DNA of 64,000 nt, from NCBI GenBank assembly GCA_016188915.1, contig JACPGU010000004.1:40198-104197 (forward strand), in the 5' to 3' direction. Of this stretch, positions 46,059 to 56,684 are shown piece after piece. Within the stretch, counting starts at the first letter, position 1, and the number at the start of each line of letters is the position of its first letter. The notes under the pieces were generated by a model. The model made no database searches and had not been told where the DNA came from. It was given only the letters and a program-made list of their open reading frames with translations. The position numbers and the translations under genes are program-made. This DNA is from Candidatus Microgenomates bacterium. Its GTDB lineage: Bacteria > Patescibacteriota > JACPGU01.

Positions 46059-49000
46059 ATGTTCTTGAAAAGAAAAGTCAAAAATCTAATCGCCGTTGTC
46101 GCTTCTATCTATGTGGCTAGTATTTTTCTAAATCCAGCTAGTTTTTTGGAGATAACAAAAGATAACAATTCCGTTGCTGCTGCTAGTTTTGGCAATTATG
46201 GCAGAGAATTTTATGTGGTTTTTCCTTCCAGCGCCTATGGCTGTTCTGCTTTAGGTGGTTTAGGCACCATATTTACATTGGGAATGGCTAATGTTCCTTC
46301 GGGGTGCAAAGATCCTGCCCAAAGGATAATAGTACAATCTACAAGCTCTTTTGATGCAGGGGAAACAGGGAGATATGAACTTTATTATCCAGGCGATAAT
46401 GATGGTGGCGGATGGCTTAATCCTTTCGGGAAAAACGAATTTGTATGGTCCAAAAAAAATACTGGCTTGACGCAAGAGTCGATAGAAAAATATTCTGCCA
46501 ATATTCATAATTTTCTTCCGGACAACAAATCGGGACAGGTTATGGGGAGCAATGCTGTTCATATTATTTCTGAAGTTCCGATGTCTGTTTCTATGGCTAA
46601 TAACAACGCTTTTACTCCGGCTATGTTTACGGCCATACCAGTGGAAAAATTGGGGAAAAATTATATTCTCTCATCCAGCGCCAACATGGTAGATGGTGGC
46701 AGGTCGGAATTTATAATTGTGGGTACCGTTGCTAGTACGAGGGTCAAAATTACCTACGGAAAACATAGTTCAAAATCGGGTCAGACCAAAACTATTACTC
46801 TTGGAGCATCTGATACTTACGGAGAGATATTGAATAATACCATGGGCACCACAATCGATGTGGAATCCGGTGGTAATATAGCCGTGATAACGGCTGACCA
46901 AAATAATTACCAAGCTTGGTGGAGCCAAGTCCCGCCGATAAGTTCTCTGGGCAATAAATATGTAGCCACAGTCAATAGCGGAGGTAACTCAACCGGAGTT
47001 GTTATTGTGGCTACTCAGGACGGTACGAAAACATCCAAGGGAAATCTATCAAAAAAAGGCGACTATATACGTTATTCCTTTTCAGAAATCCAAAGTACTA
47101 TCACATCAGATTATCCGATATTGGTTTATCAATTTGAAAAAAGCGTAAATAATGCCAATATATCTTCCACGTTTTTGGCCCCTATTGATGCGAATTCAAA
47201 TGACAATAGGGCAGATGTTTTTATGTTTGATCCAGACAGATCAGCGATGGCGGTTGGCTACGATTACAAATATACAGTAGCTATAGTAGTGAAAGAAAAT
47301 AGCGACAATAATCTAGAACTAGGGATGAGGGAATTGTACAGAGACGGGAAGCTGGCATCAATAGCGAGTGAAAAAAAAATAAATGCTTCTAACACGACCA
47401 GAACTTGTGATTCTTTTATTGATGGGTCAAACGTTTGCGTACTCTATCTATGGAATTTTGATTTTCAGTCAGGCAAAAGATATCGCATATATCCTTTGTC
47501 TACTAGCGACTACATTCATCAAGTATCTGTATCGTCTGATAATTCTCTTTTGAACTATTTTATTTATTCTGCTTCGGCTGTTTATTCTATTACTCCGCCG
47601 GAGAATCTATCCTGTTTTGTTTCACCGCAGAACTCCCTGGATCCCAATTTGAGTATTTCTTCTGTGGACAAAGAGGATGATATTATTGCTTATAAATACG
47701 GCATCAATACTCCAGGTGTGTATAATTATTCTATTGCTAGCAATTTTGCTTCTGGAGAGACCGCTAGAACCGCCGTAAACTTGTCGCCATATGGCTATGG
47801 CGTGCTTTCTACTATCTGGGTGCAAGCGACGGACAGTTCTGGTTTGTCCGCCACCACTACTTGCGCAGTTACTCCAATCCCTGATTTTGACTTCAGTCTA
47901 GCCGCCGATCCCAATAGCTCTACTATTTATCAAAATACGGTAGTGCCCGTAGCCGTAAAAGCGGCTCTCGTCAATCTCTCTTCTCCTTCAGAAAAAATAA
48001 ATTTTGCCACCGGCGATATTAAAGTTTTTAAATCAACGGATGATATCAGCAAAGCTACGCCTCTTAGCAACTCTGTTCATGGTATGACTTTTGGTTATGA
48101 TGCCGGCGCCACTGATTCTTGCACGCCTTACGCAAATTCTGGATGTTCGGTAAAACTAAAAGTGACAACCACCAACAAAACAGGTAATTTCAAAGTAGTT
48201 ATCCCGGGAAAATCCGTCAGCAATAAAGAGAAAAAAGCGGATTCATCCTTCAATATTACGATTACTCCACAATCCGCTATCAAGGCTTATTCCAATATAG
48301 AAATTCCCGCCAGTGTTGCTTTGCGTATTGAAAAAAGCACTACTCCGCCAGCGACACCTTCCTACAATGTGACCATTGCCAAGGGTGGAGGTACCTGGAC
48401 AGAAAATAATCCGGTAACAGGAATATCGTATCGCATTAGGTACACAGATTCTTCAGGTAGTACCAGGAGTGATTGCCCGACTTTTGACGATTATTTGGCT
48501 AGCCCGCCCACGAATGCTTCAGGAAACACAGCCTATGTTCAATCCTTAAGCCTTGGCGCCACTATTACTTTTAATTGTTCTTACACTCCTAAAACAGACA
48601 GTGTTACTGTTTATTCCAATAAGGGAATGGCTAGTAATTTCTACCTTTCTGGACCAGCTAATTATACTAGTTATAAAGTTAGTGGGGACAATGGATCTGT
48701 CGCAATTAATAATGCTCCAGTCAGCAAGACAAAAAAATATACTCTAATTTGCTCAGAATTATCAGGGTATAGTGTCAGCACCGAGTATCGATCTAGTTTT
48801 GATACGCCATCTTTGCCCACTGGTACTTTTACCAATGGCAATAGCGGAACACTTTATTATGATACAGACTCCAACAGCAGTCACTTAGAATTTAAATGTC
48901 TTTATTCTCTTAAAAAGGGGACCATTAAGGTTTCCGCCAATAAGGCGACTGGCTTTATTCTCTATAACGAAACCGGAAAAACGAATATAGCTAGCGGCAC

Positions 49001-49634
49001 TATTGATGCCGACAATGGAATCAAGGAATATGTTTATACGCCAAGTCAAAATGGCGATAAGATAAAACTAACTTGCGATACCAAGGCTGGCTATGATATT
49101 CCTCAATATATCTACAACCCATCCGATCAAATATTAAAACCAGGCGCGTCTTTGGATATTGGTTGTAGCTATACGGCCAATGCTAAACCCCAAGACCTAG
49201 CGGTGTTTGCTTCTCCCACGAGAAATAATCTTGCCGTGGGGGTCAAAAGTAGCTATGTTGATAACTCTGGCCAATCTACGACTGTCAAGCGTCGTTTACT
49301 TCTAGAAAATGTGATTGATGTCGTAAAAAATGCTGACAATTCTGTCACTAGCCGCGTCAATCCAGAGAAATCAATTAGGATAGGGGATACCATCAATTTG
49401 TCTGCTCTCGCCTCTGATCAGAATAGCCAAGAGATTGCCATTGGTATCTATAATTATAATTGGGAAGTAAAAAAAGTAGAGGATAACACTGTGACTTATT
49501 CAGCAACAAACAAAACTACGATTTGGAATCCAGCCGAAATAGGCAAATATATTATTACGGTTACTTTTGATGGGCTGAAAAGCACGATAGAACTGGAAGT
49601 CTTGCCCCCTGAGCTAAAACCAGTGGTTCCATAA
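46059..49634 (+). CDS. Giant secreted/surface protein (1191 aa), function unknown
   Basis: N-terminal signal-anchor, Ser/Thr/Asn-rich beta-rich sequence. No recognisable catalytic motif. Confidence 0.5.
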   Translation: MFLKRKVKNLIAVVASIYVASIFLNPASFLEITKDNNSVAAASFGNYGREFYVVFPSSAYGCSALGGLGTIFTLGMANVPSGCKDPAQRIIVQSTSSFDAGETGRYELYYPGDNDGGGWLNPFGKNEFVWSKKNTGLTQESIEKYSANIHNFLPDNKSGQVMGSNAVHIISEVPMSVSMANNNAFTPAMFTAIPVEKLGKNYILSSSANMVDGGRSEFIIVGTVASTRVKITYGKHSSKSGQTKTITLGASDTYGEILNNTMGTTIDVESGGNIAVITADQNNYQAWWSQVPPISSLGNKYVATVNSGGNSTGVVIVATQDGTKTSKGNLSKKGDYIRYSFSEIQSTITSDYPILVYQFEKSVNNANISSTFLAPIDANSNDNRADVFMFDPDRSAMAVGYDYKYTVAIVVKENSDNNLELGMRELYRDGKLASIASEKKINASNTTRTCDSFIDGSNVCVLYLWNFDFQSGKRYRIYPLSTSDYIHQVSVSSDNSLLNYFIYSASAVYSITPPENLSCFVSPQNSLDPNLSISSVDKEDDIIAYKYGINTPGVYNYSIASNFASGETARTAVNLSPYGYGVLSTIWVQATDSSGLSATTTCAVTPIPDFDFSLAADPNSSTIYQNTVVPVAVKAALVNLSSPSEKINFATGDIKVFKSTDDISKATPLSNSVHGMTFGYDAGATDSCTPYANSGCSVKLKVTTTNKTGNFKVVIPGKSVSNKEKKADSSFNITITPQSAIKAYSNIEIPASVALRIEKSTTPPATPSYNVTIAKGGGTWTENNPVTGISYRIRYTDSSGSTRSDCPTFDDYLASPPTNASGNTAYVQSLSLGATITFNCSYTPKTDSVTVYSNKGMASNFYLSGPANYTSYKVSGDNGSVAINNAPVSKTKKYTLICSELSGYSVSTEYRSSFDTPSLPTGTFTNGNSGTLYYDTDSNSSHLEFKCLYSLKKGTIKVSANKATGFILYNETGKTNIASGTIDADNGIKEYVYTPSQNGDKIKLTCDTKAGYDIPQYIYNPSDQILKPGASLDIGCSYTANAKPQDLAVFASPTRNNLAVGVKSSYVDNSGQSTTVKRRLLLENVIDVVKNADNSVTSRVNPEKSIRIGDTINLSALASDQNSQEIAIGIYNYNWEVKKVEDNTVTYSATNKTTIWNPAEIGKYIITVTFDGLKSTIELEVLPPELKPVVP

Positions 49635-49649
49635 AATTAAAACACACTG

Positions 49650-50267
49650 ATGATATTTTTGTATATGGTAAAAAAAATACATATTTTTGTTTTGGTAGCG
49701 CTCATTTTGCTGGCTACCACTACCTATATCAGCCCAGCGCAGGCGGCAGAAGTAAAATGTATCACTTCCGGTTGTTCTGCTAATCCTGGCGATACAGTAA
49801 AATTCAAGGTTCAGGCCGTGGATACTTTGGGCAATCCGATTTACTCGCCAGTGCGGTTCAAATGGTCGGTGATAGCGGATAATGGCAAATATATTGGCGA
49901 TTTTACTTTGGTGGCGGGAAAAGCTCCAATTGGCGACACCCATTTTCCGGCAGAAATTAATTCTCCTGGCCCTAATTCTCTCGATGAACCCTCTTATTCT
50001 TCTGCTTCTATAAAAATTCCCGCTATTGGTGATTTACCGATCGGGAAAATAAAAGTAGAAGCTTTCTATGGCGGAACGACGACAACGGCTGTTTATGAAA
50101 TAATTACCGCTTGCACCCGCGATCCAAAACTTTATTTTGCCATTGGGGAAGTAAAGGAGGCGGGGGCAAGTAATACCAATTGGCATAAAGCAACCGCGGA
50201 AATTTTGGAAACTTGTCGGGAAGAATACCGGCTTTTTGGTAGCACGACTTCGGGGCAAGGCAAATAA
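49650..50267 (+). CDS. Secreted protein (205 aa), possibly an Ig-like fold
   Basis: Signal peptide with an AQA cleavage site, Cys pairs. Confidence 0.4.
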   Translation: MIFLYMVKKIHIFVLVALILLATTTYISPAQAAEVKCITSGCSANPGDTVKFKVQAVDTLGNPIYSPVRFKWSVIADNGKYIGDFTLVAGKAPIGDTHFPAEINSPGPNSLDEPSYSSASIKIPAIGDLPIGKIKVEAFYGGTTTTAVYEIITACTRDPKLYFAIGEVKEAGASNTNWHKATAEILETCREEYRLFGSTTSGQGK

Positions 50268-50284
50268 AATAAAAGACAATAGAT

Positions 50285-51109
50285 ATGATTTATTTTTTGC
50301 GCAAAACAATAATTGCCACATTGGCCATAGTGGTTTTTACCATTGGGTTTTGGATTGTGGCAAAAAATGGAAATTTTGCGGTTTTTGCTTCTCCTTTTAG
50401 CGTGACTGGTGCTTATCCGGCTCCAAACGCTAGCGGAGAAATGACTATAGATACGGCAAAAAAATATTTCTTTTACATGCAAATAGCTAGAACTACAACC
50501 GAAAACGCACAAGACTTTTCTGTCTCCTGGTATGATGTACCGGATAGCGCTATCCCTGTCGGCGGTGGATTAGCAGGGGTAGATTACACCCTTTTGACAC
50601 CTCTATATACTGTTTCCGCGAAGCCCATAGATGTTGGCGGGAAATACGGCTATCAGACAGCGCCTTACACTTTTACTCCAGGTAAACACAATATCGCAGT
50701 AAGGATCACGAATTTATCTATTGGGGAATTCCAAATATATAGCTTTAACGGTAAAATCCTAACAGTTACCGGTGTAGGGGGGACTCCGCCTGAGCCGATT
50801 ACCTATACTTATGTGGACAATTATAATTATCCCGATGGGATTTTGGTTTATACTTCAGTTTTGGGCCCAGACAAATCCACCGCTACGCTAACCCAGGGGC
50901 AAGAAGCTGTTTATTATTTAACCGTAGTCAACCAGAGTTCGGTTAATAAAAAGGTGGATCTGAGATATTATTTACCGCTTGGCTTCACCTATGTTGGCAT
51001 GGTAGACAATAATGATCCGGCGCCCAAGCAGGAGAATAATTCTTTGGTTTGGTACGCCCTAGATGTCGGCGCGCCAGAAAGAGTATTGCAAGTAAAAGTG
51101 AGAACGTAG
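50285..51109 (+). CDS. Membrane-anchored DUF11-like repeat protein
   Basis: N-terminal TM helix. C-terminal LTQGQEAVYYLTVVNQSSVNKKVDLRYYLPLGFTYVG. Confidence 0.4.
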   Translation: MIYFLRKTIIATLAIVVFTIGFWIVAKNGNFAVFASPFSVTGAYPAPNASGEMTIDTAKKYFFYMQIARTTTENAQDFSVSWYDVPDSAIPVGGGLAGVDYTLLTPLYTVSAKPIDVGGKYGYQTAPYTFTPGKHNIAVRITNLSIGEFQIYSFNGKILTVTGVGGTPPEPITYTYVDNYNYPDGILVYTSVLGPDKSTATLTQGQEAVYYLTVVNQSSVNKKVDLRYYLPLGFTYVGMVDNNDPAPKQENNSLVWYALDVGAPERVLQVKVRT

Positions 51110-51139
51110 GTATAAGAAAATAAGAAAATATACAAATCG

Positions 51140-52966
51140 ATGGTAGAAAGTAAGGTAAAAAAACAAACTTTTTGGCATATGCTTTTGCTCCTCGGAGCGA
51201 TAGTCTCATTTTTTGTTTTGCCTGGCGATGTTAGCAAGGGAGCGGGGCAGGGAAAGATTACTATCCAAATCAATCCGTCCGTTAATACCACGGCCTACAT
51301 TGATGGCGCCCCAATACCTTATTTTGTCACTAATGGAAAAAGTAGCGAAATAACTTTGGCTGAAGGAGCGCACTATGTCAATCTTGACCCAGTGACGGAT
51401 CTCATCACGCCGATGCCGCCGACTCCTGATAGCCCCAAGGCTACGGGAAGAAAATTCTATCTTGCCTCCGGCGAGAACAAAATTATTAGCATAGATTACT
51501 ACCAGCCCTCCGGGCTGAAAGCCATTGGCGCTTACGAAGATGAAGTTTTGCGCTTTACTCCTTCGGCGACAATAGCGTCAGCGCAATGGGCGCTAGTAGA
51601 AGCAGTTGCCGAAATAACGCAAGACAAAAAGCATTGGCAAAGGAGTTCGGCGGAGATTTTGAATATTGGCGCTGTGCCACCGGTTATTGATATAGCCAAA
51701 ACCAATGGTATGTCTATCATTCCGATTGGTCAAAGTGGCGGGCAAGTATCTTACGATATTTCCTTCTTCGCGGCGGGCAATTTGCCAATAGGATCGCCAG
51801 CTATTATTGATGATACTTTGACGATTTTTTCTTCCGATGGGGCAGACCTGGCCAAAGTTAATATTACTGGCGCGCAGGCTATCAGCCACCCCTTGCAGAC
51901 GGTATCTAGTTTTACCGCCAAAAGCGCTCGATTTACTGTAGCCAATCCAGTAGTTGGCACGACCTATACTTTTAGAGTGACGGTAAAAATCGGCAGTTCT
52001 TTGGCGATTAATACCAGAGTATCCAATAAAGCGACCGGTTCTGTCGGTGGCTATCAAGACAGTGATACTGACGAAGACGTGGTAGCTAGCGCCTTTATCA
52101 AAGAATCAGCCGGTGGCAGTGTTTTTGGCAGGAGAGGGGTCAATCTGCGCAATCCTTCATCTACTTTGTATATTGTGGGATCGGGTGGCAATATCAAGGC
52201 GGCCTCAGAACAAGATTGGCTGGTTGGTAGCTATGGGGTTAATACCAAAAGCGTTTCTAATTTTGGCATTGATGAGGGTTGCCGACCGGAGGACCCGACT
52301 GGTTGTGGCGTGATGCAGAGTAATATTAACAAGATAAAAAAGGTTTCCAAGCAACAAACTGTTTCAGTAATCAATGGCGAGCTTGATCTAAATCCTAGCA
52401 AGACGCCAGAAGGCGGAGTAAAGGTGTTCAACAGCGGTCTGACTATTGGTTCCGCTCTGGGTGCACCAATTACCATGAAGGGTAAGGGAACTATTATCGT
52501 AGAAGGCGATTTGATAATCAAAGATGATCTGATCTATCTTGATGGCAAAAAAGACTTGGCCGGTTTTATCGTTCATAATGGCAATATTAAAATAGCGCCA
52601 AATGTCAAAAATATTAGCGGTATATTCTATGTTTATTCCGATAAAGGTGTTAGCAAAAAAGGTAGTTTTATCAGCGAAAGCTTTGGGACATCTTACGATA
52701 TTCCTTTGACTATTCGGGGCGCGGTAATTGCTAGCGGTTATTCTAATGGGACAGCGCGTAGTGATGCTATCCAGTTGGCGCGCAATTATATTGGCCCGGA
52801 ATCAGATTTTTATACTTGTGATAAAAAAACCGGAAAATGTACCGGCACAATCAAACCAGATGATCCATCTACTTGGAAACCGTCAGAAATTTTTGATTAT
52901 GACGCGCGTGTTGTATTCAGCCCGCCACCAGGATTCGCCAAAGAAGTTTTCAAGGCAAGAGAATAG
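51140..52966 (+). CDS. Secreted protein (608 aa), function unknown
   Basis: Signal peptide MVESKVKKQTFWHMLLLLGAIVSFFVLPGDVSKG. Confidence 0.45.
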   Translation: MVESKVKKQTFWHMLLLLGAIVSFFVLPGDVSKGAGQGKITIQINPSVNTTAYIDGAPIPYFVTNGKSSEITLAEGAHYVNLDPVTDLITPMPPTPDSPKATGRKFYLASGENKIISIDYYQPSGLKAIGAYEDEVLRFTPSATIASAQWALVEAVAEITQDKKHWQRSSAEILNIGAVPPVIDIAKTNGMSIIPIGQSGGQVSYDISFFAAGNLPIGSPAIIDDTLTIFSSDGADLAKVNITGAQAISHPLQTVSSFTAKSARFTVANPVVGTTYTFRVTVKIGSSLAINTRVSNKATGSVGGYQDSDTDEDVVASAFIKESAGGSVFGRRGVNLRNPSSTLYIVGSGGNIKAASEQDWLVGSYGVNTKSVSNFGIDEGCRPEDPTGCGVMQSNINKIKKVSKQQTVSVINGELDLNPSKTPEGGVKVFNSGLTIGSALGAPITMKGKGTIIVEGDLIIKDDLIYLDGKKDLAGFIVHNGNIKIAPNVKNISGIFYVYSDKGVSKKGSFISESFGTSYDIPLTIRGAVIASGYSNGTARSDAIQLARNYIGPESDFYTCDKKTGKCTGTIKPDDPSTWKPSEIFDYDARVVFSPPPGFAKEVFKARE

Positions 52967-53047
52967 CAATCAACGGTTGCGTAAAAGAGGTTTTTTGTTT
53001 ATAGTAAATATAAAGTATAAAACAAAGACAGATATAGCCAAACAAAA

Positions 53048-53764
53048 ATGTTAGACATAGATATTTCCAAAATCAGCAACGCGGTAGGGGAGCCGACGGC
53101 GCATTTCGTAGAAAGTGAAAAAGACCGCGAGGATAGACTCAAAATAGCTGTCTTTTCGGCTGTTTTTACAGGAATTTTTTTGATCGGAACATTACTTGTT
53201 TTTATCTTGGGTAGTCTCGCTAGCGCTCGCGCTAAAACTTTAGCCGATAGTGTGGCCGATCTCAAAACTGCCAATCAAGAGCTTTTGGATGTGGAAAAAG
53301 AAGCTTCCATTATTGAACGTCGCAACAAAAATGCTCTGACGAGTGTCAATTCTGTCCCGATGTGGTCGGTAGTTTTTGAAGAGATCTCTAAAATCAATCC
53401 CAAAAATGTCACCTTCAATCGTTTTGAAGCTGACTCGGTGAGCTCGGTTAGGATTAGTGGCACGAGTGAAAATTATGAAAATTTAGCCAAATTGATTGTC
53501 TCCTTGGAACAGTCAGACTTTTTTACCAATGTTGTTCTATCTTCTTCAGCAATGATTTTGGGAGAGGGGAGGGCCAAGGTGGAATTCTCTTTATCGTCTG
53601 GTATTACCAAAGATTTTAGCAAGGGGACATTGGCAAAGGAGGGGCAAAAGATAATTGTTCCGCCACAGGCTACTGAAAATAATATTCAATCACCAGGAGA
53701 AAATACTCCGGCAGATATCAATCCTCCTGCTTCGGAAAACCCAGGGGAGTTACCTTCATTATAA
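53048..53764 (+). CDS. pilN: Type IV pilus assembly protein PilN-like
   Basis: Short cytoplasmic N-terminus, TM helix AVFSAVFTGIFLIGTLLVFILG, coiled coil, and a periplasmic domain. Gene context supports it. Confidence 0.5.
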   Translation: MLDIDISKISNAVGEPTAHFVESEKDREDRLKIAVFSAVFTGIFLIGTLLVFILGSLASARAKTLADSVADLKTANQELLDVEKEASIIERRNKNALTSVNSVPMWSVVFEEISKINPKNVTFNRFEADSVSSVRISGTSENYENLAKLIVSLEQSDFFTNVVLSSSAMILGEGRAKVEFSLSSGITKDFSKGTLAKEGQKIIVPPQATENNIQSPGENTPADINPPASENPGELPSL

Positions 53765-53768
53765 AAAT

Positions 53769-54440
53769 ATGCTAGAACAAAACCCAAAAATAAAAAAAGT
53801 TTTAGATAAACAGAAAAAATCTGTGAGCAAATTTTTCAGTGTGGGAGAAAATCAAATCGGTTCTATTTTCCTTGTTGTTATTTTGGTGGTGATGGTAGTG
53901 GGCAATTTTGTTTTACGCCCTGTTAATATTAATTACAAAAACCAAAAAATCGCGATAAAAAATTATACTACCGAAAAGGCTTTACTAGAATCAAAAAAGA
54001 AAAAATTGGAAAATCTATCACAAGATTTACTGGCTAACAAAATTTTTATTGATCAAGTCAAAGATATTTTGCCAGAGACAGAACAGGTGCCTGAACTTTT
54101 GGTGGCGCTGGAAGAAATAGCCAAAAAACATTCTTTGTATATCACCAATTTTTCTCCCAAACCAAAAGTAGAAGAGAGGACAGTAGTTCGCGGTGAGGGA
54201 GGGACAGCTGGTGATAATATTGTGGCAACGGCCGATAGAGAAGCATTGGAATTACAATTTGATTTGACTGGCTCCTATGCTTCACTCCTAGATTTTTTGA
54301 AAGATTTGGAAAATAATATCAGACCCCTTAGCGTCAAGGTGATTAACGCCAGTGGCGGAGGAGTGGATACTATTACCAATACCCAATTGCCTTTACGTTT
54401 CAGCATTACAGCTGATGTTTATTATCAGCCGAGAAAATAA
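53769..54440 (+). CDS. pilO: Type IV pilus assembly protein PilO-like
   Basis: Start set at the ATG just after the pilN stop. TM helix IGSIFLVVILVVMVVGNF, coiled coil, and a C-terminal domain. The track ORF at 53655 is an upstream extension. Confidence 0.5.
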   Translation: MLEQNPKIKKVLDKQKKSVSKFFSVGENQIGSIFLVVILVVMVVGNFVLRPVNINYKNQKIAIKNYTTEKALLESKKKKLENLSQDLLANKIFIDQVKDILPETEQVPELLVALEEIAKKHSLYITNFSPKPKVEERTVVRGEGGTAGDNIVATADREALELQFDLTGSYASLLDFLKDLENNIRPLSVKVINASGGGVDTITNTQLPLRFSITADVYYQPRK

Positions 54441-54455
54441 AACAAACTAATCCAT

Positions 54456-54704
54456 ATGAAAAAAGAATTAGATTTGATTACAATTTTAGGAATAGGGGCC
54501 AGTGTTTTGATGGTTTTGTTTTTTGTTTGGGTTTTTTATGCTTCTAGCCCCAGGCTTTCTGATTTGAAAGATTTTTTGCCAGCCAGAGTGCCTAGCATCA
54601 CTAGTGATGGCCTAGCGCAACAGATACCTTTTTTGAAAAAAGTCAACGCTTTACCCATCAATATTGATCCTGCCGAATTGGGTAAGGAAAACCCATACCA
54701 GTAA
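54456..54704 (+). CDS. Small single-TM protein (82 aa) between pilO and pilB
   Basis: TM helix ITILGIGASVLMVLFFVWVFYA. Confidence 0.35.
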   Translation: MKKELDLITILGIGASVLMVLFFVWVFYASSPRLSDLKDFLPARVPSITSDGLAQQIPFLKKVNALPINIDPAELGKENPYQ

Positions 54705-54742
54705 ATAGCAAGCGAACACAGCAATCTCACAATTTACTTTTT

Positions 54743-56617
54743 TTGCTTTCTTATTTTCTTAATAATCCTATGTCCGATACAATAACGCCAGTAAAAAATG
54801 TTGGAGATTTGGCGGTAGCTCGCGGGATCATCACTCCCGAACAGCTAGACCAAGCCAAAACTACTGCCGCCAAAGAAAACGCCTTTTTAGAAGACGTTTT
54901 TGCGGCTATGGAAGGATTGTCAGGAGAAGATTTGGCAAAAATGGCAGGAGAGGTCTATGGTATGCCCTATGTGGATTTGACCGGTAAAAAGGTTCCCTTT
55001 ACTGTTTTGTCTAAATTTCCTGAAGAAATAGCCAGAAAATACAATATGGTTATTTTTGAAATGCCTTCGGAACAAGTAATCAAGGTAGCGGTAGGCAAGC
55101 CTTGGGATCCGGTGACTAAAAAAGCCTTTGATTTCATCAGAGAAAAAAATCACATTAATGTTGATCCCTACATAGCCTCTATCGCGGGTCTGGAAAAAGC
55201 TTTTGAGCAATACAAAAACCCAGTTTTGGTAGCCAAGGAAACAGGGCAGGAGCAACAACAGCCAGCTTTTGCCGCTGGTCCTAATATCCCCAAGCCTGCC
55301 GGAACGGCAACTGGCACCAAACCAGAGACCGCTCCAACAGAAGAAAGTAAGGCTGATTCTACTTTGGCCGATCTGGTCAAGGAAGATATCACCACCAGTG
55401 CTATTTTGCAGGATTTGATTAGCAATTCAGCCATTCCAAGAATAGTAGCGGCAACTATCAAGTACGCTGTTTCCTCTGGCGCTTCTGATATTCACGTGGA
55501 ACCTAATGACAAAGCAGACACCAGGATTCGTTTTCGTATTGATGGCGTTTTGCATCAGATTGCTACTCTGTCGTTCAAAGATCATCCAGCTTTCGTCTCG
55601 CGCGTGAAAATTTTGGCAAAACTAAAAATTGACGAACAGAGAGTGCCACAGGACGGCAGAATTGATGTTATCTTTGGTCAGCGGGAAATAGACCTGCGTA
55701 TTTCTACCTTTCCTACCATCAATGGAGAAAAAGTAGTAATGAGAATTTTGGACAAAGGTGGGGGAGTGATAAAACTGGAACAATTGGGTATGATGGGCAA
55801 ATCTTTTGATTATTTCGTTAATGCCATCAAAATTCCCCATGGTATTTTGCTAGTGACTGGTCCGACCGGCTCGGGTAAATCCACTACTCTATACGCGGCA
55901 ATCGCGCAATTGAATAAAGAAGGTGTCAATATTGTAACGCTAGAAGATCCGGTAGAATATCAAATCAATGGCATCAGCCAATCGCAGGTAAAGCCATACA
56001 TTGGTTACAGTTTTGCTCAAGGTCTGCGCTCTATTTTGCGTCAGGATCCCAACATTATCATGGTAGGGGAGATCCGCGATAAAGAAACAGCCGAGATGGC
56101 GGTGCAGTCAGCCCTTACCGGTCATTTGGTGCTGTCAACATTACACACTAATGACGCCGCCGGCGCTATCCCGCGTCTAGTGGATATGGGGGTGGAGCCA
56201 TTTTTGATTTCTTCTTCTTTGCATACCGTCATCGCTCAGCGTTTGGTGCGTAAAATTTGTGATTTTTGCAAAGCACCGGCCAATGTTCCAGCGGCAGTTT
56301 TGGAAGATATCAAAACTGAATATGCCAAAATACCGGATCAATACAAGCAAAATATTGCCTTAGACCCTGGGAAAATATTGCAGGGCAAGGGCTGTGGCAA
56401 ATGTAATAATTCGGGGTACAAAGGCCGTTTGGGTATTTATGAATTGCTACCGGTGACAGAAGAAGTGCAGAAATTGACTATTCAAAGGTCTTCCTCCACG
56501 GCTATTTTGAATCAAGCCATCAAGGAAGGAATGATCATAATGAAACAGGATGGAGTTTTGAAGGTTTTGCAGGGCATTACGACGATGGAAGAAGTCTATC
56601 GCGTGACGAGTATCTAG
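54743..56617 (+). CDS. pilB: Type IV pilus assembly ATPase PilB (GspE family)
   Basis: Walker A GPTGSGKSTTLYA, Asp box, His box, CxxC...CxxC tetracysteine, N-terminal GspII-like domain, and a Pro/Ala/Thr-rich linker. Confidence 0.85.
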   Translation: MLSYFLNNPMSDTITPVKNVGDLAVARGIITPEQLDQAKTTAAKENAFLEDVFAAMEGLSGEDLAKMAGEVYGMPYVDLTGKKVPFTVLSKFPEEIARKYNMVIFEMPSEQVIKVAVGKPWDPVTKKAFDFIREKNHINVDPYIASIAGLEKAFEQYKNPVLVAKETGQEQQQPAFAAGPNIPKPAGTATGTKPETAPTEESKADSTLADLVKEDITTSAILQDLISNSAIPRIVAATIKYAVSSGASDIHVEPNDKADTRIRFRIDGVLHQIATLSFKDHPAFVSRVKILAKLKIDEQRVPQDGRIDVIFGQREIDLRISTFPTINGEKVVMRILDKGGGVIKLEQLGMMGKSFDYFVNAIKIPHGILLVTGPTGSGKSTTLYAAIAQLNKEGVNIVTLEDPVEYQINGISQSQVKPYIGYSFAQGLRSILRQDPNIIMVGEIRDKETAEMAVQSALTGHLVLSTLHTNDAAGAIPRLVDMGVEPFLISSSLHTVIAQRLVRKICDFCKAPANVPAAVLEDIKTEYAKIPDQYKQNIALDPGKILQGKGCGKCNNSGYKGRLGIYELLPVTEEVQKLTIQRSSSTAILNQAIKEGMIIMKQDGVLKVLQGITTMEEVYRVTSI

Positions 56618-56684
56618 AGACACGAATTATACAAATTGGAATACGAATCGTACAAATCCAACGCAATATTAATTGTTTTTATAG

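Noticed and set aside
53655-53768. Upstream extension of the pilO ORF overlapping the pilN 3' end
   Set aside because: An ATG immediately after the pilN stop (53769) gives a non-overlapping start followed by a TM helix. The 114-nt extension would overlap pilN in another frame.
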